This document shows positions 12,138 through 26,427 of a stretch of 60,000 bases of DNA, piece after piece. The stretch covers positions 87,794,001 to 87,854,000 of the forward strand of contig NC_086108.1 in NCBI RefSeq assembly GCF_963921235.1. Direction: 5' to 3'. Under the pieces are notes generated by a model. It was not told the DNA's origin. It saw nothing but the letters and a program-made list of their open reading frames with translations, and made no database searches. Source of the DNA: Mobula hypostoma. Taxonomy: Eukaryota. A program made the position numbers and the translations under genes. Position 1 is the first letter of the stretch. The number at the start of each line of letters is the position of its first letter.

Positions 12138-12568
12138 ACTTAGTGGCCACCTTATTAGCTCTTCTGCTCACCACTGTTGCATGATTATTTAAGTTACTGT
12201 TGCCTTCCTGCCAGCTTGAACTAGTCAGGCCATTCTGCTCTGACCTCTCGTTAACAAGGCATTTTCATCCACAGGACCACTGCTTAGTGGATTTTTTTTT
12301 TTCATTTTTGCATTAATCTCTAGAGTAATATGTGTAAATCTGAGAAGATTAGCAGTTTCTGAGATACTCAAACAACCCTATCTGGGGGAATTTCACTGTC
12401 AAAGTCACTTAGATCACATTTTTTCCCTATTCTGATGTTTAGGTTGAACAAAATCTGAAGCTCTTGATCATGTCTGTGTGTATTGAGATGCTGCCACGTG
12501 ATTGGTGATTAGATATTTGCATTAACAAGAATATGTACAAGTGTACCTAATAAAGTGGCCAATGAATG
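12138..12568 (-). mobile_element. Non-autonomous Tc1/mariner-type element
   Basis: It has degenerate TIRs (tagtggccaccttattag / ctaataaagtggcca), and the body is the reverse complement of the related copy at 56734-57282. Confidence 0.6.
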
Positions 12569-12619
12569 AATACCTATGACATTTTAGCAAAAATGAGTAA
12601 TAACTATTCAAATAGTGTT

Positions 12620-13245
12620 AGTCCCAGTTATAAAGAAGGCAAGACAGCAGCTATACTTCATTAGGAGTTTAAAGAGATTTGGCATGTCAACAAATACACT
12701 CAGAAACTTCTATAGATGTACCATGCCAAGCATTCTGACAAGCTGCATCACTGTCTGGTATTGGGGGGTGGGGCGGGGGCTACTGCACAGGACAGAAAAA
12801 AGCTGCAGAGGGTTGTAAATCTAGTCAGCTCCATCTTGGGTACTAGCCTACAAAGTACCAAGGACATCTTCAGGAAGCGGAGTCTCAGAAAGGCAGCATC
12901 CATTATTAAGGACCTCCAGCACCCAGGGAAGCCCTTTTCTCACTGTTACCATCAGGTGGGAGGTGTAGAAGCCTAAAGGGACACTCTCAGCAATTCAGGA
13001 ACAGCTTCTTCCCCTCTGCCATCCGATTCCTAAATGCACATCGAACTCTTGGACACTACCTCACTTTTTTTAATATTCAGTATTACTGTTTTTTGCACGA
13101 TTTAAAATCTATTCAATATACATATACTGTAATTGATTTACTTATTATTATTATTTTCATCTATATTATGTATTGCATTGAACTGCTGCTGCTAAGTTAA
13201 CAAATTTCACATCACATGCTGGTGATAATAAACCTGATTCCGATT
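12620..13245 (+). mobile_element. Rex1/Babar-like LINE 3' fragment
   Basis: It translates to KKARQQLYFIRSLKRFGMS...FYRCT..SILTSCITVWY and ends in aataaacctgattccgatt. Confidence 0.8.
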
Positions 13246-13304
13246 GTTTCTTCTGCCCAGCAATTCCAAAACGGGTTAGAGGTTTAAATGTGAAGACAAT
13301 GGTC

Positions 13305-16300
13305 ATAGAGTCAGCACAGAAACAGGCCCTTCGTCCCATCTAGTCCATGCCAAACCATTTAAACTGCCTACTGTCATAGACCTACACCAGCACCATAACC
13401 CTCCATACCCCTACCATCCATGTACCTATCCAAACTTCTCTTAAGCGTTGAAATCGATCTTGCATGCACCACTTGTGCAGCCAGCTCATTCCACACTCTC
13501 TTGACCCTCTGAGTGCATAAGAACATAAAAAATAGGAGCAGGAGTAGGCCATCTGGCCCTTCGAGCCTGCTCTACCATTCAGTAAGATCATGACTTACCT
13601 GGCCATGGACTCATCTCCACCCACCTGCCTTTTCCCCATAACCCTTAATCCCCCTACTATGCAAAAATTTATCCAACCTTGTCTTAAATATATTTACTGA
13701 GGTAGCCTCCACTGCTTCATTGGGCAGAGAATTCCACAGATTCACCACTCTCTGAGAAAACCAGTTCCTCCTCATCTCCATCCTAATCTTGAGGCTATGT
13801 CCCCTAGTTCTCATCTCACCTACCAGTGGAAACAACTATCCTGCCTCTATTTTATCTATCTCTTTCATGATTTTATATGTTTCTGTAAGATCTCCTGTCA
13901 TTCTTCTGAATTCCAGCAAGTACAGTCTCAGGCAACTCGATCTCTCCTCATAGTGTAACCCCCTCATCTCTGGAATCAACCTGGTAAACCTCCTCTGCAC
14001 CACCTCCAAACCCAGCATATCCTTCTTCAAGTAAGGAGACCAGAAATGCATGCAGTACTCCAGGTGCAGCCTTACCAGTACCCTGTACAGTTGCAGCATA
14101 ACCTCCCTGGTCTTCAATTCAACCCCTCTAGCAATCAAGGCCAACAACCCACTTTCCTTCTTGATACCCTTTTTTGAACAGTGGCATGACATTTGCTGTC
14201 TTCCAATCCGCCGGGACCTGCCCAGAGTCTGGAGAATTTTGGTAAATCATCACCAAAACTTCTGCCATTTCTTTCCGTACCCTGGGATGCATTCCATCAG
14301 GACCAGGGGACTCATCTATCTTCAGACCCACAGTTTACTCAGCACTACGTCTTTAGTGATAGCTTTCGTATCAAGATCCTCACCTCCCATCACATGCATG
14401 ATATCTCTGTGGCATGTTAGATGTGTCCTCCACCGTAAAGACCAACACAAAATGGTCATTCAAAGCCTCAGCCATTTCCTCATTACCCAGTGTCAATTCC
14501 CCCTTCTCATTCTGCAAGGGACGTATGTTCACTTTAGCCACCCTTTTCCACTTTATATAATTATAAAAACTTTTACTATCTGTTTTTATATTTTATGCAC
14601 GTTTATTTTTATAATCTAGCTTTCCTTTCTTTATTGATCGCTTAGTGGTACTTCGTTGCTTTTAAAGTTTTCCCAATCTTCTAGTTTCCCACTACTCCTG
14701 GCAACCTTGTATGCACGAGCTTTTAGTTTGATGCCACCTTTATTTCCTTAGTTATCCAAGGCTGGCTCTCCCCACCCTTACTGTCCTTGCTTTTAACTGG
14801 AACATATTTTTGTTGAGCACTGTGAAAAATCTCTTTGAAAGTCTTCCACTGTCCCACCATATAGCCTGTGTTCCCAGTCTACACTAGCCAAATCCTCCCT
14901 CCTCCCACTGGAGTCTCCATGTTTAGGCATAGTACACTTGTTTTAGGTTGAACTATTGCACCCTCCATTTGTATGAGAAATTCAGTCATACTGTGATCAC
15001 TCTTTCCAAGAGGATCCTTAACTACAAGATCACTAATTTTACCTGTCTCATTGCACGGGACCAGATCTAAGATGGCAAGTTCCTTTGTAGATTCAGTAAC
15101 ATGCTGTTCAAGAAAGCCATCATGGATGTGTTCTATAAAGTCCTCCTCAAGACTGCCTCAACCAACTTGATTCACCTAATCTATATGCATGTTAAAGTCC
15201 CCCATGATAACTGCAGTTCCATTCTTACATACTTCAGGTATTCCTCTGTTTATTGCCTGTGCTACTGTAATGTTATTTTTCAGTGGTCGATAGATAACTC
15301 CCACCAGTGATTTTTTTCCCTTTACTTTTCCCAATCTCTACCCTGATGGATTCAACATTCTGCTCCTTAGATCTTATATCGTCTCTCACTATTGCCCTGA
15401 TCTCATCTTTAATTAAGAGCACTACCCCACTTCCCGTACCTTCCTGCATATCCTTACATATTACCTGATATATTTGGATATTTAACTCTCAATCCTCCAC
15501 CCTGCAACCACATCTCTGTAATGGCCACTAAATCGTACCGCTTTGTACTGATTTATGCCACAAGTTCACTGACCTTGTTTCGAATACTATGGGTGTTCAA
15601 ATAAAGTGCCCTTACACTCATTGTGCTTTTAAAATCTTGTAATCTTTTACTCTTTTGCACGTGACTTTTCTTCATTCCATTCCTACTTTTCTCTTTTTTT
15701 ATCTTTACCTTTATCCACGCTTCTCTTTTTTACTTTATCCATACTTCTTCAATCTGTTGAACCCACCCCGCTACTATTTAGTTTAAAGCCCTATCCACAG
15801 CCCTAGTTATGCGGTTTGCTAGGATCCAGGTCCCATCACGGTTCAGGTGGAGCCCGTCCCATTGGTACAGCTCCCTCCTTCCCCAATACTGGTGCCAATT
15901 ACCCATGAATTCAAACCCATTTCTCCCACACCAATCCTTAAGCCACACATTTAACTCTCTAATCTCCTTGACCCTATGCCAATTTGCATGTGGCTCCAGA
16001 GATTACTACCTTTTTCATTCTGCTTTTTAATTTTGTCCCTAGCTGCTCAAATTCCTTCAGCAGAACCTCGTTCCTCATTCTTCTTATGTCGTTGGTACCC
16101 ACATGGATCATGACAACTGGATCTTTCCCCTCCCGCTGCAAATTCCTCTGCAGGTCAGATAAGATGTCCCGAACGCAGGCACCAGGCAGGCAACACAGCC
16201 TTCGGGACATTCTATCCTTGTGACAGAGAACTCTGTCCATTCCCCTGACTATACTACCCCCAATTATATCTACGTTTCTCTTCTTTCCACCCCCTGTTGA

Positions 16301-19300
16301 ATGGCTCCCTGGACTTCACTGCCACAGTTAGGTTGCTCATCCTTCCTACAGCTCCCACTGCCATCCACACAAAGAGCAAAAATCTCAGACCTATTGGACA
16401 AGCTGAAGGGCTGAGGCTCCTCGAGCACTGTCTCTTGGATCCCACTACCCACCTTGCTCACAGTCGCGGCCTCTCCCTAAATACAGACTGAATTTGAGGC
16501 AGCTAATCTATTGGGTGTGACTACCTCCTGAAACAAAGAATCCACTGATGAGATATAATTTGGAGTAGTCTCCCCCTCCCTAATGTGCCACAGTGTTTGA
16601 AGCTCAGATTCCAGGTCATCAACTTTGAGCCTGAGTTCCTTGAGCAGCCAAAACTTTCTGCAGATGTGGTCACCAGGAACCACAATGGGGTCCACCAGCT
16701 CCCACATCATGCAGCTACAGCACATCACCTGATCCTGCATCATTCCTTTATTTAATTAGCTGTAATTTAGTGACTTTCTATTCAACAACAACAAAAGCCT
16801 TACTTGCTACTTACCTGTGCCTCCTCGCTAAAGCCTCAAGTTCTCACTCCTAAACTGGTCCCCTCACACAATGGCTGCTCTGCTTTGACCCTGCTTTACT
16901 TTTATTTACTCCTGTAATGAATGCGCCAAATCTCACAAAACGCTGCTTTCTTAAACTCTTCTCACTGACATGTGCGAAGCTCTCTTCGAATCGATTGGTC
17001 CACCGCTAATGAGTGAAGAAGCTTCCTCTATTCCCTTAAACATTTCACCTTTCACCATTAATCCATGACCTTTGGTTGTAGTCCCACCCAACCTCAGTTG
17101 AAAGAAGCCTGCTTGCATCTACCCTATCTATAGCTCTCATAATTTTGTATTCCTCTATCAAATCTCTCAGTCTTCTACATTCCAAGGAATAAAGTGCTAA
17201 CCTATTCTATCTTTCCTTATAACTCAGGTCCTCCAGACCTGACAACATCCATTTAAATTTTCTCTGTACCCTTATTTACATCTTTTCTGTAGGTAAGTGA
17301 CCAAAACTGCACACACTACTCCAAATTATATCTCATCAGTGTCTTACACAACTTCAACAAAATATTCCATCTCCTGCACTCAGTACTTTGATTTATTAAG
17401 ACTTATGTGCCAAAAGCTTTCTTTATGACCCTAACTATCTGTGACGCCACTTTCAATGAATTATGGACCTGTATTCCCAGATCCCTTTGTTCTGCCGCAC
17501 TCCTCAGTGCCCTATCATTCACTGTGTAAGACCGACTCTGGTTGATCCCGCAGAGTGCAACACCTCACAGTTGTCCGCATTAAATTCCATTTGCCATTTT
17601 TCAGGCCATTTTTCCACCTGGTCCAGATCCCATTGCAAGCCATGATAGCCCTTCTCATTGTCCACTACATCCTAATCTTAGTGTCATCAGCAAATTTGCT
17701 GACCCAGTTAAACACATTATCATCCAGATCGTTGATCTAGATGATCAACACTAATGGACCCAGCCCCGATCCCTGTAGCACAGCACTAATCACAGGCCTC
17801 CAGTCAGAGACGCAAACATCTACTACCACTCTCTGGCTTCTCCCACAAAGCCAAGGTCTAATCCAATTTACTAACTAATCTTGAATGCCAAGCTACTGAA
17901 CCTCTTGACCAACCTCCCACGTGGGATCTTGTCAAATGCCTTGGCAAAGTCCATGTAAACAACATCCACTGCCTTGCCTTCATCTACTTTCTGCTAACTT
18001 CCTCAAAAAACTCTGTAAGATTGTTTAGACAAGACCTACCATGCATGAAACCATGCTATCGTTAATCACTCCATGTCTATCCAAAAACTTAAATATACAG
18101 TCATTTAGAATATCTTCCAATAACTTTCCCACCACTGACCTAAATTTCCTGTTTTATCTTTAATGCCTTTCTTAAATAGTGGAACAACATTGTCTAGCCT
18201 CCAATCCTCTGGTGTTTCACCTCTCGCTAAGGGTAATTTAAATATCTGATAGAACCCCAGCAATTTCTGTACTTGCCTCCTGTAAGGGTCCAAGGGTAAT
18301 TTATCCACCCTAATTTGCTTCAGAACAGCAAGCACCTCTTCCTTTGTAATCCGTACAGTGTCCAGGAAGTTGATGCTGCTTTGCCTCACTTTTATAGACT
18401 CTGTGTCTGTCTCCTGAGTGAATAGAGATTGCGAAAAAATTCATTTAAGATCTTCCTGTCTCTATTGGCTCCATACTTGGTTTACCATGCTGATCTTCCG
18501 ATGACCAATTTTCTTCCCTGCAGTCCTTTTGCTCTGAGGTGTCTCTTGCATTTCCTGTACTCCATAAGCACTACATTTGTTCCTACCTGCCTATACCTGC
18601 TTTGTACCTTTTTTTTTCCTTAACCAGGACCTCAAAATCTCATGAGAACTAAGGTTCCTTACACCTGTTATCTTTACCTCTTATTCTGACAGGCACATAC
18701 AAGTTTTGTACTCTCTAAATTTCCCACTTACTACGTATACCTGTGCCTGAAAACTGCCTGTCCAAATCCACACTTGCCAGATCATTTCTGATACCATCAG
18801 AATTGGCTTTTCACCAATTCAGAATCTCAACCCGCGGACCAGGCCTATCTTTTTGCATATTTACTTTGAAACTAATGGCAGTGTGATCACTAGGTGCAAA
18901 GTGTTCCCCTACGCAAACTTCTGTCACCTGCCGTGTCTCATTCCCTAACAGCAGATCGAATATCACACAAACTTTTACAGTATGGGAATCTCAGTCAGTA
19001 TGTGGAAAGTTAAGATCACCTACTGTAACAATCATGTTTCTCGCAACAGTCTGCAATCTCTCTACAAATTTGTTCCTCTGAATCTCTTAGACTGTTTGGT
19101 AATCTGTAATATAGCCCTATTAATGTGTTCATACCTTTCTTACTTCTCAGTTCCATCCATAACACCTCACTAGATGAGTTCTCCAGTCTGTCCTAACTGA
19201 GCACTACCATGACACCCTGATTAGTAATGCCACCCTTGAATCCCTCCCACTCTGTCACATCAAAAACAACAGAATCTCAGAACATTGAGCTGCTAGTCCT

Positions 19301-19320
19301 GCCCTTCCTGCAACCAAGTT
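13305..19320 (-). mobile_element. Degraded CR1 (13305-13515 plus 17010-19320) split by a second CR1
   Basis: The 3' end lies at 13305-13515 and resumes at 17010 after a tgagtg duplication. RT and APE remnants continue to about 19320. Confidence 0.75.
13516..17009 (-). mobile_element. CR1 with 5'UTR, ORF1 (Cys-rich motif plus SGNH esterase) and an ORF2 carrying an internal RT deletion
   Basis: ORF1 remnants include CCSCMMWE...HICRK and IHVGTND. ORF2 jumps from NVMPLFKKG to the late RT near 14165. It is flanked by tgagtg repeats. Confidence 0.8.
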
Positions 19321-19329
19321 AAAATGGAA

Positions 19330-19545
19330 GATAGAAACATAGAAAATAGGTGCAGGAGTAGGCCATTCGGCCCTTCGAGCCTGCACCGCCATTTATTATG
19401 ATCATGGCTGATCATCCAACTCAGAACCCAGCCTTCCCTCCATACCCCCTGACCCCTGTAGCCACAAGGGCCATATCTAACTACCTTTTAAACATAGCTA
19501 ATGAACTGGCCTCAACAGTTTGCTGTGGCAGAGAATTCCACAGAT
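19330..19545 (-). mobile_element. Short young CR1 (subfamily A) 3' fragment
   Basis: It starts with the tail tagaaacatagaaaatagg and is near identical to 30811-31030. Confidence 0.9.
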
Positions 19546-19974
19546 GTTGGAACTTACTTTGACAAATGTGCTAAACTTATGGAATATAATAATCAAGGAA
19601 AGCAGTTAAGTATATAGAGTAAGCCTGTTGAAATGTGGTAAGTGTGTTCTTAAAAAGGCAAAGACTGTGGTTATTTGGCAAATAAGTATATTTTATCCTT
19701 TATTAGTTCGAGTACTGTATTTCCATTTAATTAACTTCCCCGTTTCTTGCAGAATTTAATTTAGTACTGAATTATTACGCAGACTTCAATTCAGCCCTGC
19801 ATTTATCATTGTTAGAGATCACAGTTAATGTTTTGTAGCAAAATAATAACATTAATTACAAAGAATACTGGATAATTATCAGAGGTGGTGGATTTCACAT
19901 CCTGTACCTTCAATGTGCTAAATTAGAAGTATTGAAGTGTTTCCCTTCAGTTTTTTTTTTCTCTTTTTTTCCAG

Positions 19975-20039
19975 GTAAAATGCCAAGTACCATAAAAACA
20001 AACATCAAGTCTGCGTCAATGCATCCATATCAGCGATGA
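19975..20039 (+). CDS. MED8: MED8 terminal coding exon
   Basis: A polypyrimidine tract and ccAG precede [21 protein letters not shown], the conserved MED8 C-terminus. Confidence 0.97.
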
Positions 20040-20601
20040 GCCCTGTGGCATAGATATTGTCATAAATTGCCATATATAGTGTAAGGAACAACCTGAAATG
20101 AATGTTAACTTGGTGATAGTTTGAAGATTCCTTTGAATTTAAGTGTTTGTATATTTATAAACATAGTACACTCCACTTGAGGTGGAAATTTGATATTAAA
20201 TACAATGCATATATAAAGTGCTGCTGAATCTTTGGAAAGATTCTTACAATAAGCCTTCAGTGTACAACTTCCCTTTTTATTCAGAGCGTCCACGCTAAAT
20301 CTGTGGATTCCAAATGATACCCTGCAGGTAGATTTACTGTAATTGAAGAATAATCTTTGCAACAATTATCTATTACATGTATTTGACCAGGTTTACTTAA
20401 GTATGTTTTATACATTAATGTTTTTCATCATGTGATATATTTTCACATTTTCAAACTGTCTTAAAAATCCATTTAATACCCATTAAGTTGTTGTTTCCCT
20501 CTGCCTTATAAAAATATACCTTATTTATAATTCTCTTTTTAAACTGTATGCATCCAACATTACTGGATGGTTTGTATAAAGTGTGTAACCATTGGTTTTT
20601 G

Positions 20602-20607
20602 AATAAA
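20602..20607 (+). promoter_or_regulatory. Probable MED8 polyadenylation signal
   Basis: AATAAA lies about 560 nt after the stop, preceded by TGTA motifs and followed by U/GU-rich sequence. Confidence 0.6.
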
Positions 20608-21302
20608 GAACTTTAATTTTTATACTTCCCTGTGCTTTGGTGCCCACTCACCCAAAGACAAATGACTTAAAAATCTGTACCAGTAATTTATAAAATTCTT
20701 TCTCAACCTAATTAGTTTTATTTGTGACAGAATCCCAAATCTGAACTATTAACTGTTTCTCTTCCTACAGAAATATTTTCTACTTTTATTTCAGATTTCC
20801 ACTAGCTGCAGTTTGTAATTTTTATAAAAATGATCCGCTAATCAGTGTAAGATTTTTGTGCAATCTCAATTTTACACACTTGTATTAATCCCATTTGTCT
20901 GCATTGGGTGTATCTGCCTATTTAAGTGCCTAGACTGTTTTAACTATATGCATTCCATGGTTTACTATCTTCTGCTACAACATCTTTGTGTAACTTCATG
21001 GACTGTTTTAATCATAAGAAAACTGCGAAAATCATAAGTGAAAGACACTTTAGTTCTGCAAGAGGTTCGAGAAGCATCTGAGACATATGACTATTATTGA
21101 AAACAAAACTTATATTTCTAGTTCTGCAGATTTCTATTTCCAGCATCTGCAGATTTTCTCATTTCTGTTTTCAGTAGGGAATTCTGAGATTTTGACAGTA
21201 CTGTTGAAGTAATTATTATTTCCAAATCATGATGACATGCAACTTTGTGGGTGGGTAAGTTTCTGGAAACTACTTAGAAGTAACAGTGTTCTGTCTTCAA
21301 TA

Positions 21303-21590
21303 GAGCAGCACAGTAACATAGTACTTAGCACAGTTACTTTCCAGCACCCGTGATCACCAATAAAGGTTCGATTCCTCCTGCTCTCTGTATGGAATTTTTA
21401 CGTTCTCCCCATGACCACATGGGTTTCTTCCCATGTTTCAAAGTAGTACAGTTAGGATTAGTAAGTTGTGGGCATGCTAAATTGGCACCAGCAGCATGGG
21501 AACACTTATAGGTGGCTCCAGCACAAATCCTCACTGGTTTGATGCAAATGATACATGTCACTTATGTGTTTTTTCTAAACACAATGACAA
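21303..21590 (+). mobile_element. V-SINE-like tRNA-derived SINE, degraded
   Basis: A B box (ggttcgattcc) is followed by a V-domain-like stretch (tggaatttttacgttctccccatgaccacatgggtttc). Confidence 0.65.
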
Positions 21591-23157
21591 ATCTCAATTG
21601 TAAAGTTCAAGGATTAAAGAGGTTCTGTCTAAGGCGTTTAATGCCACTCAATGCATGCGTAGTGCAAATTAAGCAAATTGCTTTGATTTAAATAGTAGTT
21701 AGCTTCTTGAATGTTGCTGAAGCTACATACATCCAGTAACGTGGAGAGTATTACATCACACATTGTTGATAGTGGAAGGGCTTTGGGGAGGCATGTGATG
21801 AGTCACTTGCTCTCAGTGCTGTACCAACAAATATGCTCTCTCAGCTGAGACAATAATCCAAGTCCTGCATACTCTTTCATGCAAGTATAAAAGTTCAAGA
21901 TCCCACAGTGCTATTTTTCAAAAAAAAAGAGCATGGTAGTTCTCTTCTACACAATACTAAAGTCTCAACATCCGTTTAAACAAACAATTGGATTTTCTTA
22001 ATATAGCAGGAAAGTGTAGCTAGCAATTAAATAGTGTATAGAATTCACTCTGAAGAACTGAGAGCTGCAATTAGGAGAAATAAAGATAGCAATAAAAAGC
22101 CTAATACATTTATTGTAGAGAAGAAAAGACTTTGGCCAGCCCTTATCGCAGGGTAGCAGGACAGGTAGCTAAAATTATTACAGCCTTGGAATATTTTACT
22201 CCCTGAAGAATTGAATACATGAGCCGGCATTTTTGAGAAGAGAGATTGCCTTTAACAATGCAATGGTGCTGAGGCTTGTAGTCCATCTCCAACAACAACC
22301 GTGGCGATTTAGGCTCTGCAGTGCTTCCTATATCCCATAAGCAAACTGTTTTTACACTATTAGGCAGGGCCTAATGTGAGTACTAAGGAATGAACAGTGT
22401 CAATAATGGAGATGGAACAGACAATGACAGGTGACAGGAGTGCAGAATTTTGATTACCTAGTACTATGTTTAGTGAGCATGCAGTCCTGTCATCATTTAA
22501 AAAAACTGCTAGAAGAACTTAAGTCAAGCAGCAACGAGAAGCAAAGGGATAGTGTCAGGTTGAGACCCTGCACAAGGACAGCCAATGCAGGAGGGGAAAG
22601 AGGGAGCCAGTTGCAGGAGGTTTGGAATCAATGGCTCAGAGGTGTCTGGTGAACAAAAAGCAGGTGGAACCAGGTGAAAAGTGAGGGAAGGGGAAGGTAG
22701 AGAGAGACTGGAATACAAGGAAGGTGATAAGTGGAAACGGGGGGGTGGGGGTAGGAGGTGTAGGTATAGGCAACAGAACATAGAATGGTACAGCACAGGC
22801 CCTTCAGCCCACATTGCTGTGCCAACCCTCAAACCCTGCCTCCCATATAACCCCCCCACCTCAAATTCCTCCATATACCTGTTTAGTAGTCTCTTAAATT
22901 TTACTAGTGTATCTGCCTCCACCACTGACTCAGGCAGTGCATTCCACGCACCAACCACTCTGAGTAAAAAACCTTCCTCTAATATCCCCCTTGAAATTCC
23001 CACCCCTTAAAGCCATGTCCCCTTGTATTGAGCAGTGGTGCCCTGAGGAAGAGGCACTGGCTATCCACTCCATCTATTCCTCTTAACATCTTGTATACCT
23101 CTATCATGTCTCCTCTCATCCTCCTCCTCTGCAAAGAGTAAAGCCCTAGCTCCCTTA

Positions 23158-26100
23158 ATAGAAACATAGAAAATAGGTGCAGGAGTAGGCCATTCAGCTC
23201 TTCGAGCCTGCACCGCCATTTATTATGATCATGGCTGATCATCCAACTCAACCCCGCCCCAGCCTTCCCTCCATACCCCCTGACCCCCGTAGCCACAAGG
23301 GCCATATCTAACTCCCTCTTAAATATAGCCAATGAACTGGTCTCAACTGTTTCCTGTGGCAGAGAATTCCACAGATTCACCACTCTCTGTGTGAAGAAGT
23401 TTTTCCTAATCTCGGTCCTAAAAGGCTTCCCCTCTATCCTCAAACTGTGGCCCCTCATTCTGGACTTCCCCAACATCGGGAACAATCTTCCTGCATCTAG
23501 CCTGTCCAATCCCTTTAGAATCTTATACGTTTCAATCAGATCCCCCCTCAATCTTCTAAATTCCAACGAGTACAAGCCCAGTTCATCCAGTCTTTCTTCA
23601 TATGAAAGTCCTGCCATCCCAGGAATCAATCTGGTGAACCTTCTTTGTACTCCCTCTATGGCAAGGATGTCTTTCCTCAGATTAGGGGACCAAAACTGCA
23701 CACAATACTCCAGGTGTGGTCTCACCAAGGCCTTGTACAACTGCAGTAGTACCTCCCTGCTCCTGTACTTGAATCCTCTCACTATAAATGCCAGCATACC
23801 ATTCACCTTTTTCACCACCTGCTGTACCTGCATGCCCACTTTCAATGACTGGTGTATAATGACACCCAGGTCTCGTTGCACCTCCCCTTTTCCTAATCGG
23901 CCACCATTCAGAAAATAATCTGTTTTCCTATTTTTGCCACCAAAGTGGATAACTTCACATTTATCCACATTAAATTGCATCTGCCATGAATTTGCCCACT
24001 CACCTAACCTATCCAAGTCACCCTGCATCCTCTTAGCATCCTCCTCACTGCTAACACTGCCGCCCAGCTTCGTGTCATCCGCAAACTTGGAGATGCTGCA
24101 TTTAATTCCCTCATCCAAGTCATTAATATATATTGTAAACAACTGGGGTCCCAGCACTGAGCCTTGCGGTACCCCACTAGTCACCGCCTGCCATTCTGAA
24201 AAGGTCCCGTTTATTCCCACTCTTTGCTTCTTGTCTGCTAACCAATTCTCCACCCACACCAATACCTTACCCCCAATACCGTGTGCTTTAAGTTTGCACA
24301 CTAATCTCCTGTGTGGGACTTTGTCAAAAGCCTTTTGAAAATCCAAATATACCACATCCACTGGTTCTCCCCTATCCACTCTACTAGTTACATCCTCAAA
24401 AAATTCTATGAGATTCGTCAGACATGATTTTCCTTTCACAAATCCATGCTGACACTGTCCGATCATTTCACCGCTTTCCAAATGTGCTGTTATCACATCC
24501 TTGATAACTGACTCCAGCAGTTTCCCCACCACCGACGTTAGGCTAACTGGTCTATAATTCCCCGGTTTCTCTCTGCCTCCTTTTTTAAAAAGTGGAGTTA
24601 CATTAGCCACTCTCCAATCCTCAGGAACTAGTCCAGAATCTAACGAGTTTTGAAAAATTATCACTAATGCATCCACTATTTCTTGGGCTACTTCCTTAAG
24701 CACTCTAGGATGCAGACCATCTGGCCCTGGGGATTTATCTGCCTTCAATCCCTTCAATTTACCTAACACCACTTCCCTACTAACATGTATTTCGCTCAGT
24801 TCCTCCATCCCACTGGACCCTCTGTCCCCTGCTATTTCTGGAAGATTATTTATGTCCTCCTTAGTGAAGACAGAACCAAAGTAATTATTCAATTGGTCTG
24901 CCATGTCCTTGCTCCCCATAATCAATTCACCTGTTTCTGTCTGCAGGGGACCTACATTTGTCTTTACCAGTCTTTTCCTTTTTACATATCTATAAAAGCT
25001 TTTACAGTCCGTTTTTATGTTCCCCGCCAGTTTTCTCTCATAATCTTTTTTCCCCTTCCTAATTAAGCCCTTTGTCCTCCTCTGCTGAACTCTGAATTTC
25101 TCCCAGTCCTCAGGTGAGCCACTTTCTCTGGCTAATTTGTATGCTACTTCTTTGGAAATGATACTATCCCTAATTTCTCTTGTCAGCCACGGGTGCACTA
25201 CCTTCCTTGATTTATTCTTTTGCCAAACTGGGATGAACAATTGTTGTAGTTCATCCATGCAACCTTTAAATGCTTGCCATTGCATATCCACCGTCAATCC
25301 TTTAAGTATCATTTGCCAGTCTATCTTAGCTAATTCACGTCTCATACCTTCAAAGTTACCACTCTAAGTTCAGAACCTTTGTTTCTGAATTAACTATGTC
25401 ACTCTCCATCTTAATGAAGAATTCCACCATATTATGGTCACTCTTACCCAAGGGGCCTCTCACAACAAGATCGCTAATTAACCCTTCCTCATTGCTCAAA
25501 ACCCAGTCCAGAATAGCCTGCTCTCTAGTTGGTTCCTTGACATGTTGGTTCAAAAAACCATCCCGCATACATTCCAAGAAATCCTCTTCCTCAGCACCTT
25601 TACCAATTTGGTTCACCCAACTACATGTAGATTGAAGTCACCCAATATAACTGCTGTTCCTTTATTGCACACATTTCTAATTTCCTGTTTAATACCATCT
25701 CCGACCTCACTACTACTGTTAGGTGGCCTGTACACAACTCCCACCAGCGTCTTCTGCCCCTTAGTGTTACGCAGCTCTACCCATATCGATTCCACATCTT
25801 CCCAGCTTATGTCCTTCCTTTCTATTGTGTTAATCTCTTCTTTAACCAGCAACGCCACCCCACCTCCCCTTCCTTCATGTCTATCCCTCCTGAATATTGA
25901 ATATCCCTGAACGTTGAGCTCCCATCCCTGGTCACCCTGGAGCCATGTCTCTGTGATCCCAACTATATCATAATCATTAATAACAATCTGCACTTTCAAT
26001 TCATCCACCTTATTACGAATGCTCCTTGCATTGACACACAAAGCCTTCAGGTGCTCTTTTACAACTCTCTTAGCCCTTATACAATTATGTTGAAAAGTGG

Positions 26101-26423
26101 CCCTTTTTAATGCTTGCCCTGGATTTGTCGGCCTGCCACTTTTACTTTTCTCCTTAATACTTTTTGCTTCTACCTTCACTTTACACCCCTCTGTCTCTCT
26201 GCACTGGTTCCCATCCCCCTGTTGTGAACTAACCTCACGCCTAGCCTCTTTAATTTGATTCCCACCCCCCCCAACCATTCTAGTTTAAAGTCACCTCAGT
26301 AGCCCCCACTAATCTCCCTGCCAGGATATTGGTCCGCCTAGGATTCAAGTGTAACCCGTCCTTTTTGTACAGGTCACGCCTGCGCCAAAAGAGGTCCCAA
26401 TGATCCAAAAACTTGAATCCCTG
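23158..26423 (-). mobile_element. Young CR1 (subfamily A), 5'-truncated within ORF1, with an almost intact ORF2 (APE + RT)
   Basis: ORFs 25613-26278, 25356-25616 and 22979-25345 give [45 protein letters not shown] and FADD. The ORF1 tail DHWDLF..DGLHLN lies at 26280-26423. Confidence 0.95.
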
Positions 26424-26427
26424 ATGT

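Noticed and set aside
22979..25345. 788-aa ORF as a host or novel gene
   Set aside because: It is the CR1 ORF2 reverse transcriptase. Its C-terminal extension is read-through after a lost stop into the 3'UTR and an adjacent CR1.
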